Assembly (NCBI GenBank): GCA_022791735.1
Contig: JAAVZQ010000068.1
Span: 23,384-63,383 of the forward strand
Length of the DNA: 40,000 nt
Direction of reading: 5' to 3'
From: Clostridia bacterium
GTDB lineage: Bacteria; Bacillota; Clostridia; TANB77; CAG-508
Made by a program: the position numbers and the translations under genes. How positions within the stretch are numbered: the first letter of the stretch is position 1; each line of letters opens with the position of its first letter. Below, one piece after another: positions 1 to 10,199 of this stretch. Under the pieces are notes generated by a model. The model was not told the origin of the DNA and did no database searches. It was given only the letters and a program-made list of their open reading frames with translations.

Positions 1-29
1 ATTTTTTCGGCGTAACGCTTTTTTTGTTT

Positions 30-959
30 TTATGCTTTATCACTTGAACCAAACACATCTCTTATTTTATGCTGTACTGTTTCTTTTACTTTTTCTCTAC
101 CTGGTGTTAGGTATTTTCTAGGATCAAAAGCTGATGGTTCTTCTGCAAATATTTTTCTTATTTCTGATGTCATTGCAAGTCTTAAGTCTGTATCTACATT
201 TATTTTTGATACTCCCCTTAGTCCTGCCTCATGTAACATTTCATCTGGTACACCTTTTGCTCCTGGTATGTCCGCTCCATATTTGTTGCAAGTTTCAACA
301 AGTTCTGGTATTACTGTTGATGCTCCATGTAATACAATTGGTGTATTTGGCAATTTTTCTTTTACTTTTTCTAATATATCAAATCTAAGCTTTGCTTCTC
401 CTTTGAATTTATATGCACCATGGCTTGTACCAATTGCTATTGCAAGCGAGTCGCATCCTGTTCTTTCTACAAATTCTTTTGCTTCATCTGGATTTGTAAA
501 CATCGCGTCATCTGCTGAAACATTGACCTCATCCTCTATTCCTGCAAGCTTACCAAGTTCTGCTTCTACAACTACTCCTTTTTCATGTGCATAGTCTACT
601 ACTTTTTTAGTTAATGCAATATTTTCTTCAAAATCATATTTTGAACCATCTATCATAACTGATGTAAATCCTGCATCTATACACATCTTGCATGTTTCAA
701 AGTCTGGTCCATGGTCTAAATGCAAAGCTATTGGAATATTTGTCTCCTCTACTGCTGCTTCTACCATTTTCATTAAGTAATTAATTCTTGCATATTTTAT
801 TGCACTAGATGATGCTTGAAGTATTACTGGCGAATTCTCTTCTTTTGCTGCATCTACAATTGCTTGTATAAACTCCATATTATTTACATTAAATGCACCT
901 ATTGCAAAGTGCTCCTTCATTGATTTTTCAAACATTTCTTTAGTCGTAACTAATCCCAT
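30..959 (-). CDS. fba: Class II fructose-1,6-bisphosphate aldolase
   Basis: Intact 309-aa ORF. Typical class II aldolase sequence (GAFNVNN, HLDHG, GTSHGAYKF). RBS aggaggt lies 7 nt upstream of the ATG. No in-frame CGG. Confidence 0.93.
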   Translation of the reverse strand: MGLVTTKEMFEKSMKEHFAIGAFNVNNMEFIQAIVDAAKEENSPVILQASSSAIKYARINYLMKMVEAAVEETNIPIALHLDHGPDFETCKMCIDAGFTSVMIDGSKYDFEENIALTKKVVDYAHEKGVVVEAELGKLAGIEDEVNVSADDAMFTNPDEAKEFVERTGCDSLAIAIGTSHGAYKFKGEAKLRFDILEKVKEKLPNTPIVLHGASTVIPELVETCNKYGADIPGAKGVPDEMLHEAGLRGVSKINVDTDLRLAMTSEIRKIFAEEPSAFDPRKYLTPGREKVKETVQHKIRDVFGSSDKA

Positions 960-996
960 TACTTATTACCTCCTATTAATATTTATATATTATATT

Positions 997-1172
997 GCTA
1001 AAATAATTAATTTAAAGTGAAATTGCGAATGTAGAGTAATCGAGCTAGCAATTCTAAGTATATTTTATGGAAAGAGTTCACATACCTGTGGAAGGGTGCC
1101 ATAAAATAGACATAGAATTACTGCGATGATTAGCTCGCCCCGAGCAATAAACGCAAAATTAATTATTTTAGC
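997..1172. repeat. Long imperfect palindromic intergenic element (element A)
   Basis: Outer arms gctaaaataattaat / attaattattttagc form a 15-bp perfect inverted repeat. Inner pairings are cgagcta/tagctcg, aattcta/tagaatt and ttttatgg/ccataaaa around a ~28-nt loop. The core is GC-enriched relative to the AT-rich spacer between the deacetylase stop and the fba start. Confidence 0.6.
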
Positions 1173-1195
1173 ATTGCAAGCTGCTGATTATTGTT

Positions 1196-2153
1196 TTAAT
1201 TTAATATATCATAAAAATTTCTAAATATATACCCTTCATTTTTTAAATACTGTATTATCTCTGGGAGCGAATCAGCTGTAAGTTGCTTTGTTCCTGCATC
1301 ATGCATTAGAACTACAATTCTATTTTTACCGATTTTGTGTAAGTTTAAAATCCTTTATCAAACTTTCATAAGTTGGTTTTCCTACTGAATCATTAGTCAA
1401 ACAGTTCCAATCTATATGCAAAACACTATTTTCCTCAAGTAACTCTTTTGCTTCGTTTTTTACTTTTTTGTATTTGCCACCTACACTGCCACCTGGAAAT
1501 CTAAACAAATGACTTGAATATTCTTCCATCCCCAAAGCGTCTTTTATTTTTCTTTCAGTGTTATTATACTCATCTAAAACCGCTTCTTTAGAATTATATA
1601 TACTTGAATAATTATGCGAATACCCATGATTTGCAATAAAATGCCCTTCTTCATATTCTTGTTTTACAAGCTCTGGATATAATTCTACTCTACTTCCTAA
1701 AACAAAGAAAGTTGCTTTTACTCCTTCATTTCTTAGTATATCTAATATTTGTGGTGTTACAGTTTTAGATGGTCCATCATCAAAAGTTAGATATACTACT
1801 TTTTCTTCGCCTATTACCTCTCCTGTATTCTCATCTTTCTTTTCTTCTTTAAAACTATATATATTATTTATTTTCTCTTTCGCCTCATCTGAATACTTAG
1901 GTAATTTTGGCTCTGGTGTAGGTTCTGGTGTAGGCTCTACTGTGGCCACATCTTGATGTTCATTTTCTTTTTTTGATAATTTGTTAATAAAGATTCCTGC
2001 AATTAGCGAAGCTGAAATTACAACTACTGCAAGCGTAATAAAGATTAGCACTTTATTAAGTGTCTCTTTATTACTTTGCTCTATGCTAATCAATCCTACT
2101 CCTAATTTAGCTTTTTCTTCATTTTCCTTTTTTTCTACGTCCAATTTTTTCAC
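1196..2153 (-). CDS. Polysaccharide deacetylase (NodB homology domain) with N-terminal TM anchor; needs one C-skip at 1331
   Basis: ORF 1326..2153 carries TFDDGP and HGYSH NodB motifs. The C-terminus (KNRIVVLMHDAGTKQLTADSLPEIIQYLKNEGYIFRNFYDILN) continues in another frame down to the stop at 1196. Junction: caa aat C ggt aaa aat = Q N G K N. Length 958 - 1 = 957 = 3 x 319. Confidence 0.85.
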
Positions 2154-2205
2154 CTTTTATTTCTCTACTATAATACTATTTTGCAATAGCCATATCAAAA
2201 TGCAA

Positions 2206-4908
2206 CTATTTTTCATTTTTTAGTGTATTTATTTTTAGTAATTTTAAAATTTCAACTATCACTAATGGAGAAATAACCAAAACTATTACTTCAAATATAT
2301 TTTCTTTTGGTAACACTGCTATACTGAATATATCTCTTAAAAATGGTATAAATAGTATACTTAAAACTAATACACAAGATACTCCAGTTGCAAGAAGAAG
2401 TTTTGAGTTATTAAATATTCCAGTTTTAAATACTGATTTTGCATTATTTCTAATATTAAATACATGCACAAGTTCAGAAAACGCAAGTACAGCAAATGAC
2501 ATTGTTTGTGCAATTTTTATTCTTTCCGCTTCTGGCATTCCAGAAGTAGAACTTAAACCTACTATAAACGCTAAAAGTGTTAAAATTCCTATCATAATTC
2601 CTTGGTATACTATTCTATATACCATTCCAGCTGTAAACATCCCTTTTGAATTTTTTCTAGGCGGTCTATTCATAATATCTGGCTCCTCAGGATCAACTGC
2701 AAGTGCAAGTGCTGGAAGTGAATCTGTAACTAAATTAACCCAAAGAATATGCACTGCAAGTAGCGGTGTTAAGCTTGATACATCACTTATACCAAACCAA
2801 TCTGCAAATACTGGTGTTAGCATTACTGCTAAAAACAATACTACTACTTCTCCAATATTACTTGATAATAAAAATTGTATTACTTTTAGTATATTGTCAT
2901 AAATTCTTCTACCCTCTTCTACTGCTGTTTCTATGGTTGCAAAATTGTCATCTGTTAGAATAACATCTGCAGCTTCTTTTGCAACATCTGTACCGAACTT
3001 TTCCCATTGCACAGCCAATATCTGCTGTCTTTAGTGCTGGTGCATCATTTACACCGGTCTCCTGTCATTGCAACTACTTCCCCATTTGCCTTCCATGCTT
3101 TTACTATTCTTACCTTATGCTCTGGAGAAACCCTTGCATACACACTATACTTTCTAATATTTTTTGTAAGTTCTTCATCTGTCATATTTTCTACATCTTG
3201 TCCTGTTATTGCTTCGTCTTCATTCTCTAATATTCCAAGCTCTTTTGCAATTGCTATTGCTGTAATCCTGTGGTCTCCTGTAATCATTACTGTTTTTATT
3301 CCTGCATTTTTACATTTTTGTACAGCTTCTTTCACTTCTACTCTTGGCGGATCAATCATTCCACACATACCAATAAAAGTTAAACCATTTTCAATTTGTT
3401 TCATTTCTTCATCTTCTGGTATGTGGTCCATTATTTTATATGCTGATGCCAAAACTCTTAGCGCATTTCTTGCCATCTCTTCATTTTGCTTATATATCTC
3501 TTGCTTATACTCTTCTAGATTTTCTTTTATCCCATCTGCATCTTCATAATTTATACATCTTGCAAGTAACTCATCTACTCCACCTTTTGTATATACTACA
3601 TATTTATCTCCCACTTTATTAACTGTTGTCATCAATTTTCTTTCAGAGTCAAATGGTAATTCGTTCTTTCTTGGATTTTGGTCTATTGTTTCTTTATCAA
3701 ATCCAAGTTTAAATCCCATATCTATTAGAGCAGTTTCTGTTGGATCTCCTGTAAGTTCTCTATCTTCTGCAATTTTTGTATCATTACATAGCATATTTGC
3801 ATATACTATTTTAGTCTGTAATTCGTTTTTCTCTGCATCTTCTAAGTCATAAGTTTTGTGGTTATAGAAAAGCTTTTTTACTGTCATTTTGTTTTGTGTA
3901 AGTGTTCCTGTTTTATCTGAACATATAACTGATGCACTTCCTAAAGTTTCGACTGCTGGAAGTTTTTTTACTATCGCATTTTTCTTTGCCATTTTTTGCA
4001 TACCTATTGCAAGTACTATTGTTGATACTGCTGCCAAGCCTTCTGGTATTGCAGCAACTGCTAAACTAACCGCTGTCATAAACATTTGGATTATATCTTT
4101 TCCATAAGCAATTCCTATTAGAAATATAACTATACATATCACAAGACATGCTATTCCAAGTGTTTTTCCTAAACTATTTAGTCTTCTTTGAAGTGGTGTT
4201 TCTGTATTTTCTACTTGGTTTATCATATTTGCGATTTTTCCAACTTCTGTTTTCATTCCAGTAGAAGTTACAATTCCTTTACCTCTACCATAAGTAACCA
4301 TACTAGAAGAGTGTGCCATATTTATTCTATCTCCTAATGCAACATTTTCATCTTCTATTTCTTCTATATTTTTCTCTACTGGCACTGATTCTCCGTGTTA
4401 ATGCTGCCTCTTGTATTTTTAGGTTTGCAGCTTCTACAAGTCTCAAATCTGCTGGTACGTAATCTCCTGTATCAAGTATTACAATATCTCCTGGCACTAG
4501 TTCTCTTGCAGGTATAACCCCCACATCTCCATCTCTTAAAACTTTTGTGACATGTGCACTCATTTTCTGTAATGCTTCAAGTGATTTTTCTGCTTTATTC
4601 TCTTGTACTACTCCAATTATTGCATTCATGATAACTACTATTAGGATAATTATAGAGTCTGTTATTCCTTCTCCTTCTTTTATTCCAACATAACCTGATA
4701 CAATTGCTGCAATAATTAATACAATTATCATAAAATCTTTGAACTGATTTAGGAATTTTACAAATAGACTTTCCTTTTTCTTACCCTCTATTTCATTAAA
4801 TCCATACTTTTCCCTTTTATTATTTATTTTTTCAGTATTTAGCCCTTTTTCTATGTCTGTATCTAGCTCCTTCTCTACTTCGGCTATTTTCAAATGAAAA
4901 TAATTCAT
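2206..4908 (-). CDS. P-type Ca2+-transporting ATPase (P2-type); needs three C-skips (2995, 3056, 4395)
   Basis: ORF pieces 4348..4908, 3045..4385 and 2206..3018 join into a ~900-codon P-ATPase. TGES is restored at 4395, DKTGTLT is present, and GDGVNDAPAL is restored at 3056. The third junction at 2995 reads gtt C ggt aca = V G T. Length 2703 - 3 = 2700. Confidence 0.9.
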
Positions 4909-4981
4909 GTATTTCTTCCTTTCTCTTTAGATTTCATATTTATTATTGTAGCACAACCCCATTTTTTATTCAATAAAATAT

Positions 4982-5032
4982 TAAAAAAAGAAATGGGAGA
5001 AGTGAAAAAACACTTCTCTCATTTCTTTTTTG
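4982..5032 (-). terminator. Rho-independent terminator downstream of the helicase gene (U-tracts on both sides)
   Basis: 16-bp stem agaaatgggagaagtg / cacttctctcatttct with one G-U position and a loop of aaaaaa. It is flanked by an A-run on the plus strand (U-run in minus sense) and a T-run on the other side. Confidence 0.7.
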
Positions 5033-5039
5033 TGCTTTC

Positions 5040-7814
5040 TTACTCTGGTCTACTCATCATCTCATGATAATACTCTTTCAAGAACTGAGCATTTTCTTCA
5101 AGATTCTCGATGGTAAGTCCACACGCAAGTTCCCTTACAAGGGAATCAAACTCTAATTTCATGGATTTTTCGGAGTCTGTCAAAAACTTCTTCCTTTTGC
5201 CGGTCTGATGGCTAAACTTGCTTGCAGGATATTCTCTTTCGAATTCAGCTTTAAAGATATACTCCAAAGCTTCTTGTGTGCTCGCATCAGCAACGGCTTT
5301 GTCCTCTTCTATAACGAGCCTTACATTGTTACCGCTTAAACGTGCACAGACATATATGGGTTCAAAAGACAGTTTTTCTCCCATACAATTTATAGTTTCG
5401 GAGTATTCTTTTAATAGATCAGACTGATAGAGAAGTGCATTGATACTATCAATACTTCCTTTGCATCTAATTCGTATCCAGTTTTTAGCTTCTTTAATGC
5501 TTTCTGCTTCCGAAAATTTTCTGAATGCATCAAGATTTTCGAATTTTCTGCCAGTCAAGTTATCTATTATCGTTGCAATTTCTCCATTGTCTAACACGAT
5601 TTCGTTTTGCTTGATGGTAAAAGCATCTCCTTGCGTCATATAGATATAAGGCAATTCTGTCTTTCTATCATATCCTACGTTAAACAGCTTTCCATCAAGA
5701 GATATCTGCTGCTGCTTTGCTGCAATCCGTGCTTCTCTTGCAAGTCTTTCCTCTCGTAGCCTTCTTTGCTCTTCTTGCCACATTTGTGCCTCAGCTTCTC
5801 TTCTTCTACGGTTTTGCTCGTATATACGCTGTACTTCGGCTTCTCTTCTTAACTGTTCCTCGTATTTTGCCTTCAGCTCCTGATACTCCGGATGGTCATG
5901 CTCAAAAGATACATTTTCTGTAACAAATCTATCATTATAATATGTTGTTACAGTTACTTTAACAGTATCTTGAGCAGGATCATATTTAGTATCGGTTCTG
6001 TATTCTAATTCACCAGCAAAACGCTCTAAAACGATTTCTTCAGGAACAATTGTTGCAAATGTAAGCAAGTAAAATTCGGTATCAAATCCAAATCTGTCCT
6101 TGCCTGTAACTGTTATTGGGTAACCTGCCAAAAATGCTTCTTGGCTTACACAGCTTTTGTTGTCTAGTTTTCTCCGAAAACCGCCAGTTGTAAGATACTC
6201 ATTACTTGTCCATATACTTTGGACATAAATCTCAGGCATACCAGCTAAGACTGACTTTATGATGGCATCTCTATCAGACTTTGAAGTGCTTTCAATAACT
6301 CCGTCTATATCTAACGCCGCACATATCCGCTGAAGATGTTTTTTGGCCTGGTAGTAATTGTATCTGTTAATCCCCAGTCTTTTGAAATCATCACGTGTCA
6401 GCTTGCTCTGTTCATTCAACTCATTCAGTTTGTTCCATACGTCCAGCTCAGCTAACAAGTCGCTTTCGCTTTCTTTTGTAAATGTCTGATAACTTCCAAC
6501 TCCTATTTTGCTATTCTTTTGCAAAAGTCCACCCATGTCGATTATTGCGCAGATTGTGGCAACTTGTGCAGTTACGCCGTATTTCTCGGCTTCCACAATC
6601 ATACGTGCCTTATCTGTTGGCATAGGAATTTGGGCTACTTTGTGTCCAATTTCGGTCACTTCGCCGTTATCATTCATGCATCCAAGAGCTTCAAGCTTCT
6701 TTTTAGCTTCAATAATTGCTTCTTCATCCGGCTGATGGAAAAATTCCATTTTTTCTGCATCTATTCTCATTGATGCAAATTGAAGAACAGTCTGGTCCAA
6801 AAAGCTTCTCTGAATTTCCGGAACTGGATATTCAGGCCTGTCCTCGAAGCTTACATTAGAACATAAGATGTATTTGCCATCCTTAGTTCTTCCTGCACGC
6901 TTCATGCGCTGCTTTAAATCCGCTTGGCTGACATCCAATTCGTCGAAGAACATTACTCCATTTTTCGCTGTGGGTATAATAGCTTTGCCAGTATCTACAA
7001 CTGTGTCAATGCCCGGTATAGTTACAGACGTCTGAGCAATCGGAGTTGAAATAATCACTTTAGGTCTTGGATAATTATAAAAGCACCGCCGTTGCTCATG
7101 ATACTCAAGTTCTCCATGAAGGGGCAGAATTTCTGCATTTTCTCCTTCAAGTTTCTCTATCATGTCACGAACTTGGCTTTTTTTGGCAACAAACGCCAAA
7201 ACATTATGACCTAATGCAATTTCCTCTCTGATTGTCTTTTCAAAGTCCCACTTGCTTCTGAGCTCGGTTACGACATTATAAGTCTTTCCGGGAACATTTA
7301 TAATGCAAGTGTTTTTGCCCAAATAGGTTGCAATTTCCTCAGTTTCCATGGTGGCGCTCATGATGACTACTTTGGTATTCCACTCATCTGCCACCAGCTT
7401 ACACCATGCAACAAGCGCCTCTGTCTGATTTGTCCACTCATGGACTTCATCGATGATTAGAACTTTCTCTGTGTCTGTATCTTCGCTAAAAATTGCTCTA
7501 ATCAGTTGAAGTCCATCTGCGCAGTACTCAACGGCCGTATCTCTGGATGCACACTTGTAGTAGCCCGTCCTATAACCGACTGCTTCTCCAAGTACTACAC
7601 CCATTTCTTCCGCCACATACTGCGCAAGTGTGATTGCCGAGATTACGCGTGGGTTGGTTACTATAACTTTCTTAAAACTGTTCATAAGGTACTGGGGTAC
7701 GAGTGTGGATTTGCCACCGCCTGCTTCAGAACTTATCAGAGTATATTTATGCTCTAATACAGCCTTCTGAATTTGACTTTTGAAACTGCTAACTGGTAAT
7801 AACATTTTGTTCAC
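5040..7814 (-). CDS. DEAH-box (HrpA/HrpB-like, SF2) helicase with Arg/Glu-rich coiled coil and an uncharacterised ~220-aa C-terminal region
   Basis: Intact 924-aa ORF. Motif I is SEAGGGKST, motif II IIDEVHEW, motif III SAT, motif V TPIAQTSVTIPGI, motif VI QRMKRAGRT. An HA2-like segment follows, then EEQLRREAEVQRIYEQNRRRREAEAQMWQEEQRRLREERLAREARIAAKQQQ. RBS gaggtga. G+C and CpG content are visibly higher than in the neighbouring genes. It contains 5 in-frame CGG = Arg codons. Confidence 0.85.
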   Translation of the reverse strand: MNKMLLPVSSFKSQIQKAVLEHKYTLISSEAGGGKSTLVPQYLMNSFKKVIVTNPRVISAITLAQYVAEEMGVVLGEAVGYRTGYYKCASRDTAVEYCADGLQLIRAIFSEDTDTEKVLIIDEVHEWTNQTEALVAWCKLVADEWNTKVVIMSATMETEEIATYLGKNTCIINVPGKTYNVVTELRSKWDFEKTIREEIALGHNVLAFVAKKSQVRDMIEKLEGENAEILPLHGELEYHEQRRCFYNYPRPKVIISTPIAQTSVTIPGIDTVVDTGKAIIPTAKNGVMFFDELDVSQADLKQRMKRAGRTKDGKYILCSNVSFEDRPEYPVPEIQRSFLDQTVLQFASMRIDAEKMEFFHQPDEEAIIEAKKKLEALGCMNDNGEVTEIGHKVAQIPMPTDKARMIVEAEKYGVTAQVATICAIIDMGGLLQKNSKIGVGSYQTFTKESESDLLAELDVWNKLNELNEQSKLTRDDFKRLGINRYNYYQAKKHLQRICAALDIDGVIESTSKSDRDAIIKSVLAGMPEIYVQSIWTSNEYLTTGGFRRKLDNKSCVSQEAFLAGYPITVTGKDRFGFDTEFYLLTFATIVPEEIVLERFAGELEYRTDTKYDPAQDTVKVTVTTYYNDRFVTENVSFEHDHPEYQELKAKYEEQLRREAEVQRIYEQNRRRREAEAQMWQEEQRRLREERLAREARIAAKQQQISLDGKLFNVGYDRKTELPYIYMTQGDAFTIKQNEIVLDNGEIATIIDNLTGRKFENLDAFRKFSEAESIKEAKNWIRIRCKGSIDSINALLYQSDLLKEYSETINCMGEKLSFEPIYVCARLSGNNVRLVIEEDKAVADASTQEALEYIFKAEFEREYPASKFSHQTGKRKKFLTDSEKSMKLEFDSLVRELACGLTIENLEENAQFLKEYYHEMMSRPE

Positions 7815-8035
7815 CTCATTGATATAATTAATTTTGGTTTGCTACAATTTAGTCTATACCTTCTTGTATTGCCTTTTGACTTCTCTCCTTCCCATAAAAT
7901 TAGGTTTTCAAATAAGTTTTCAATGTACTATTTATTATTATGTCATCTTTTTATGTAAAATGCAATTTTAGCTAATTTAAATCTCATCTAACTTTTACTT
8001 AAGAAATGAAGGTATTATGTAATTTATTTTTGCAT

Positions 8036-8064
8036 AATTAAAGAGGGCGGTTATACCGCCCTCT
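8036..8064 (-). terminator. Terminator hairpin after the MATE fusion gene
   Basis: GC-rich 9-bp stem agagggcgg / ccgccctct with loop ttata, about 20 nt beyond the stop at 8085. The U-tract (uuaauuau) is weak. Confidence 0.55.
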
Positions 8065-8084
8065 GCTTATGTATCTTAGTTTTA

Positions 8085-10082
8085 TCAACATAATGCTTTG
8101 TTTTTTGTCATTTCACATATTATTTCTGCCGTTTTTTCTACTCCTAATGTATCACTATTTACACATATATCATAATTTTCAGGACTATTCCATTCGTTTC
8201 CTGTATAGTGTTTATAGTGATTTGCTCTTAGCTTATTAATCTTTGTTATTTCTTTTTCTGCATTTTTCTTATCTAGTCCATAAATTTCTGTTGCTCTTTT
8301 TATTTTGTTTTCTTTATTGCTATATATAAATACTTTTATAATATTTGGTCTGTCTTTTAAAACAAAGTCTGCACATCTTCCTATTATTACACAAGATTGT
8401 TTTTCTGAAAGTTCTTTTATGACCTCTGCTTCTTTAACAAATAACTCATCTTCATTGCTTAGACCTGTATAATATCCATTATTTAATCCTGCTAAGTTAG
8501 ACCTTTTCTGCTCATTATTTTCTATGTATTCTGTTGATAATCCTGTCTTCTCTGCTACTTTAATTATGAAGTTTTTATCATATAAATTAATTCCTAACTT
8601 ATCTGAAATCAATTTTCCAACATATCTACCCCCTGAACCATATTCTCTTGCAATTGTTATAATTACATGGTTTTCAAGCGGACTATCTATATTAGTATTA
8701 TCTACAATAATTTCTGTTTGTCTCTTGTTTTTACCTAAATTTTTCATTTCAAAAACAAGTAAAGTTGTTGCAACTGCAAATGCGATACCATCTGCAACTG
8801 GTCCTGCACATAGTATACCTTCTATACCAAATAAATGCCCTAGTATAAAGAAAGCTGGTACTAAAATAACTATTTGTCTTGATAATGAAAGTATTGCACT
8901 TTTTGCACTTTTTCCAATTGCTTGGAAGAATATTCCTGATGAAATTTGCACTCCGTTAAATACACATAGCATTAGATATATCCTAAATGTCATACACGCA
9001 AATTCCATGTAGTTACTATCACCACTACCAAAAATTGATATTAATTTATCTGGTATTGTTTGATATAGTATAAATGAAATTATACTAATTACCACATTTA
9101 TAGTCAAAACCGTTTTTAAGGTTTGTTTTACTCTATCGTATTTGCCTGCACCATAGTTATATCCTAAAATTGGCTGTGAACCTGCTGCAACTCCTATAAT
9201 TATGCTATATACTATTTGACTGATTTTCATAACTATACCAAATACTGTAATTGGTATTTCTGCTCCAAATCTAGAGTTTACACCATATTTTCTAAGTAAG
9301 TTATTTTGTACTGCAACAACAACTACTATACTCATTTGTGTAATAAAACTACTAATTCCAAGTGATGCAACTCTTATTGCAACTTTTGGTTGTACTTTAA
9401 AATCGTCCTTATTGAGCTCAATTGATTTAAGCCTTTTTAAATATGCTATATTTATTATAAATCCTAAAATCTGGCTAATTACTGTTGCTATTGCTGCTCC
9501 TGCAACTCCCATATTGAAAACAAATATGAAAATTGGATCCAATATAATATTTAGGATTGCACCTGCAAGCATAGATGCCATTGCGTACTTAGGACTTCCA
9601 TCTGCTCTTATAACTGAGTTTAATGTTGTTCCTATCATCATAAATGGTAATCCCATAACGATTATATATCCATACTCAGTAGCATATTCTCTTAAGGCAT
9701 CTGTACATCCAAATATGTTTAATAATTGTGGCAGAAATATTAATGATATAGCACACAAAGCTACCGCTATAATTATTGAAACTACTATACTATTTGCAAC
9801 ACCTTTGCTTGCTTCTTTCTTCTTCTTTTCTCCTAATTTTAAGCTTAAATATGCTGATGCTCCATCTCCAAAGCATAAGGCAAAAGCTAGACAAACTACA
9901 GTTAGTGGAAATATTATATTTGTTGCTCCATTTCCTAGATATCCTACTCCCCAGCCAATAAAAATTTGGTCAACTATGTTGTATAATGAGTTTACTACTA
10001 ATGAAATAATTGATGGGACTGCAAATTTCTTAATTAGTTTACCAATTTTTTCTGTTCCTAATATGTTTTCTTCTTTTTCCAT
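8085..10082 (-). CDS. MATE-family (MOP superfamily) efflux transporter fused to a C-terminal cytidylate-kinase-like P-loop domain
   Basis: Intact 665-aa ORF. The first ~450 aa are polytopic and MATE-like. The last ~200 aa start with ITIAREYGSGGRYVGKLISDKLG, which is cytidylate kinase-like family 2. RBS aggagg. No in-frame CGG. Confidence 0.8.
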   Translation of the reverse strand: MEKEENILGTEKIGKLIKKFAVPSIISLVVNSLYNIVDQIFIGWGVGYLGNGATNIIFPLTVVCLAFALCFGDGASAYLSLKLGEKKKKEASKGVANSIVVSIIIAVALCAISLIFLPQLLNIFGCTDALREYATEYGYIIVMGLPFMMIGTTLNSVIRADGSPKYAMASMLAGAILNIILDPIFIFVFNMGVAGAAIATVISQILGFIINIAYLKRLKSIELNKDDFKVQPKVAIRVASLGISSFITQMSIVVVVAVQNNLLRKYGVNSRFGAEIPITVFGIVMKISQIVYSIIIGVAAGSQPILGYNYGAGKYDRVKQTLKTVLTINVVISIISFILYQTIPDKLISIFGSGDSNYMEFACMTFRIYLMLCVFNGVQISSGIFFQAIGKSAKSAILSLSRQIVILVPAFFILGHLFGIEGILCAGPVADGIAFAVATTLLVFEMKNLGKNKRQTEIIVDNTNIDSPLENHVIITIAREYGSGGRYVGKLISDKLGINLYDKNFIIKVAEKTGLSTEYIENNEQKRSNLAGLNNGYYTGLSNEDELFVKEAEVIKELSEKQSCVIIGRCADFVLKDRPNIIKVFIYSNKENKIKRATEIYGLDKKNAEKEITKINKLRANHYKHYTGNEWNSPENYDICVNSDTLGVEKTAEIICEMTKNKALC

Positions 10083-10119
10083 TTTTCCTTTTCCTCCTAA
10101 CTTTTTTTATTTGAAACCC

Positions 10120-10154
10120 AAAAAAAATAGATGTGCGAATCCGCACGCCTATCT
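10120..10154 (-). terminator. Intrinsic terminator inside the 5' leader of the MATE fusion gene (attenuator candidate)
   Basis: Minus-sense sequence is agat aggc gtgcg gatt cgcac atct followed by auuuuuuuu. It lies between the predicted promoter (10170..10199) and the RBS/start at 10082. Confidence 0.55.
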
Positions 10155-10169
10155 CTCGATAGTTAAAGT

Positions 10170-10199
10170 ATTATATCACAAATTTTTCTGAATTGTCAA
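10170..10199 (-). promoter_or_regulatory. Sigma-A type promoter of the MATE fusion gene
   Basis: In minus sense: TTGACA (10199..10194), an 18-nt spacer, then TGaTATAAT (extended -10, hexamer 10175..10170). Confidence 0.6.

Noticed and set aside
4937-7950. An 11-nt direct repeat tatttattatt on both sides of the helicase island (about 4937 and about 7933), considered as possible att sites.
   Set aside because: It is a pure A/T 11-mer in spacers with very low G+C, so chance occurrence is plausible. No integrase or other mobility gene is present. I leave it as unproven.
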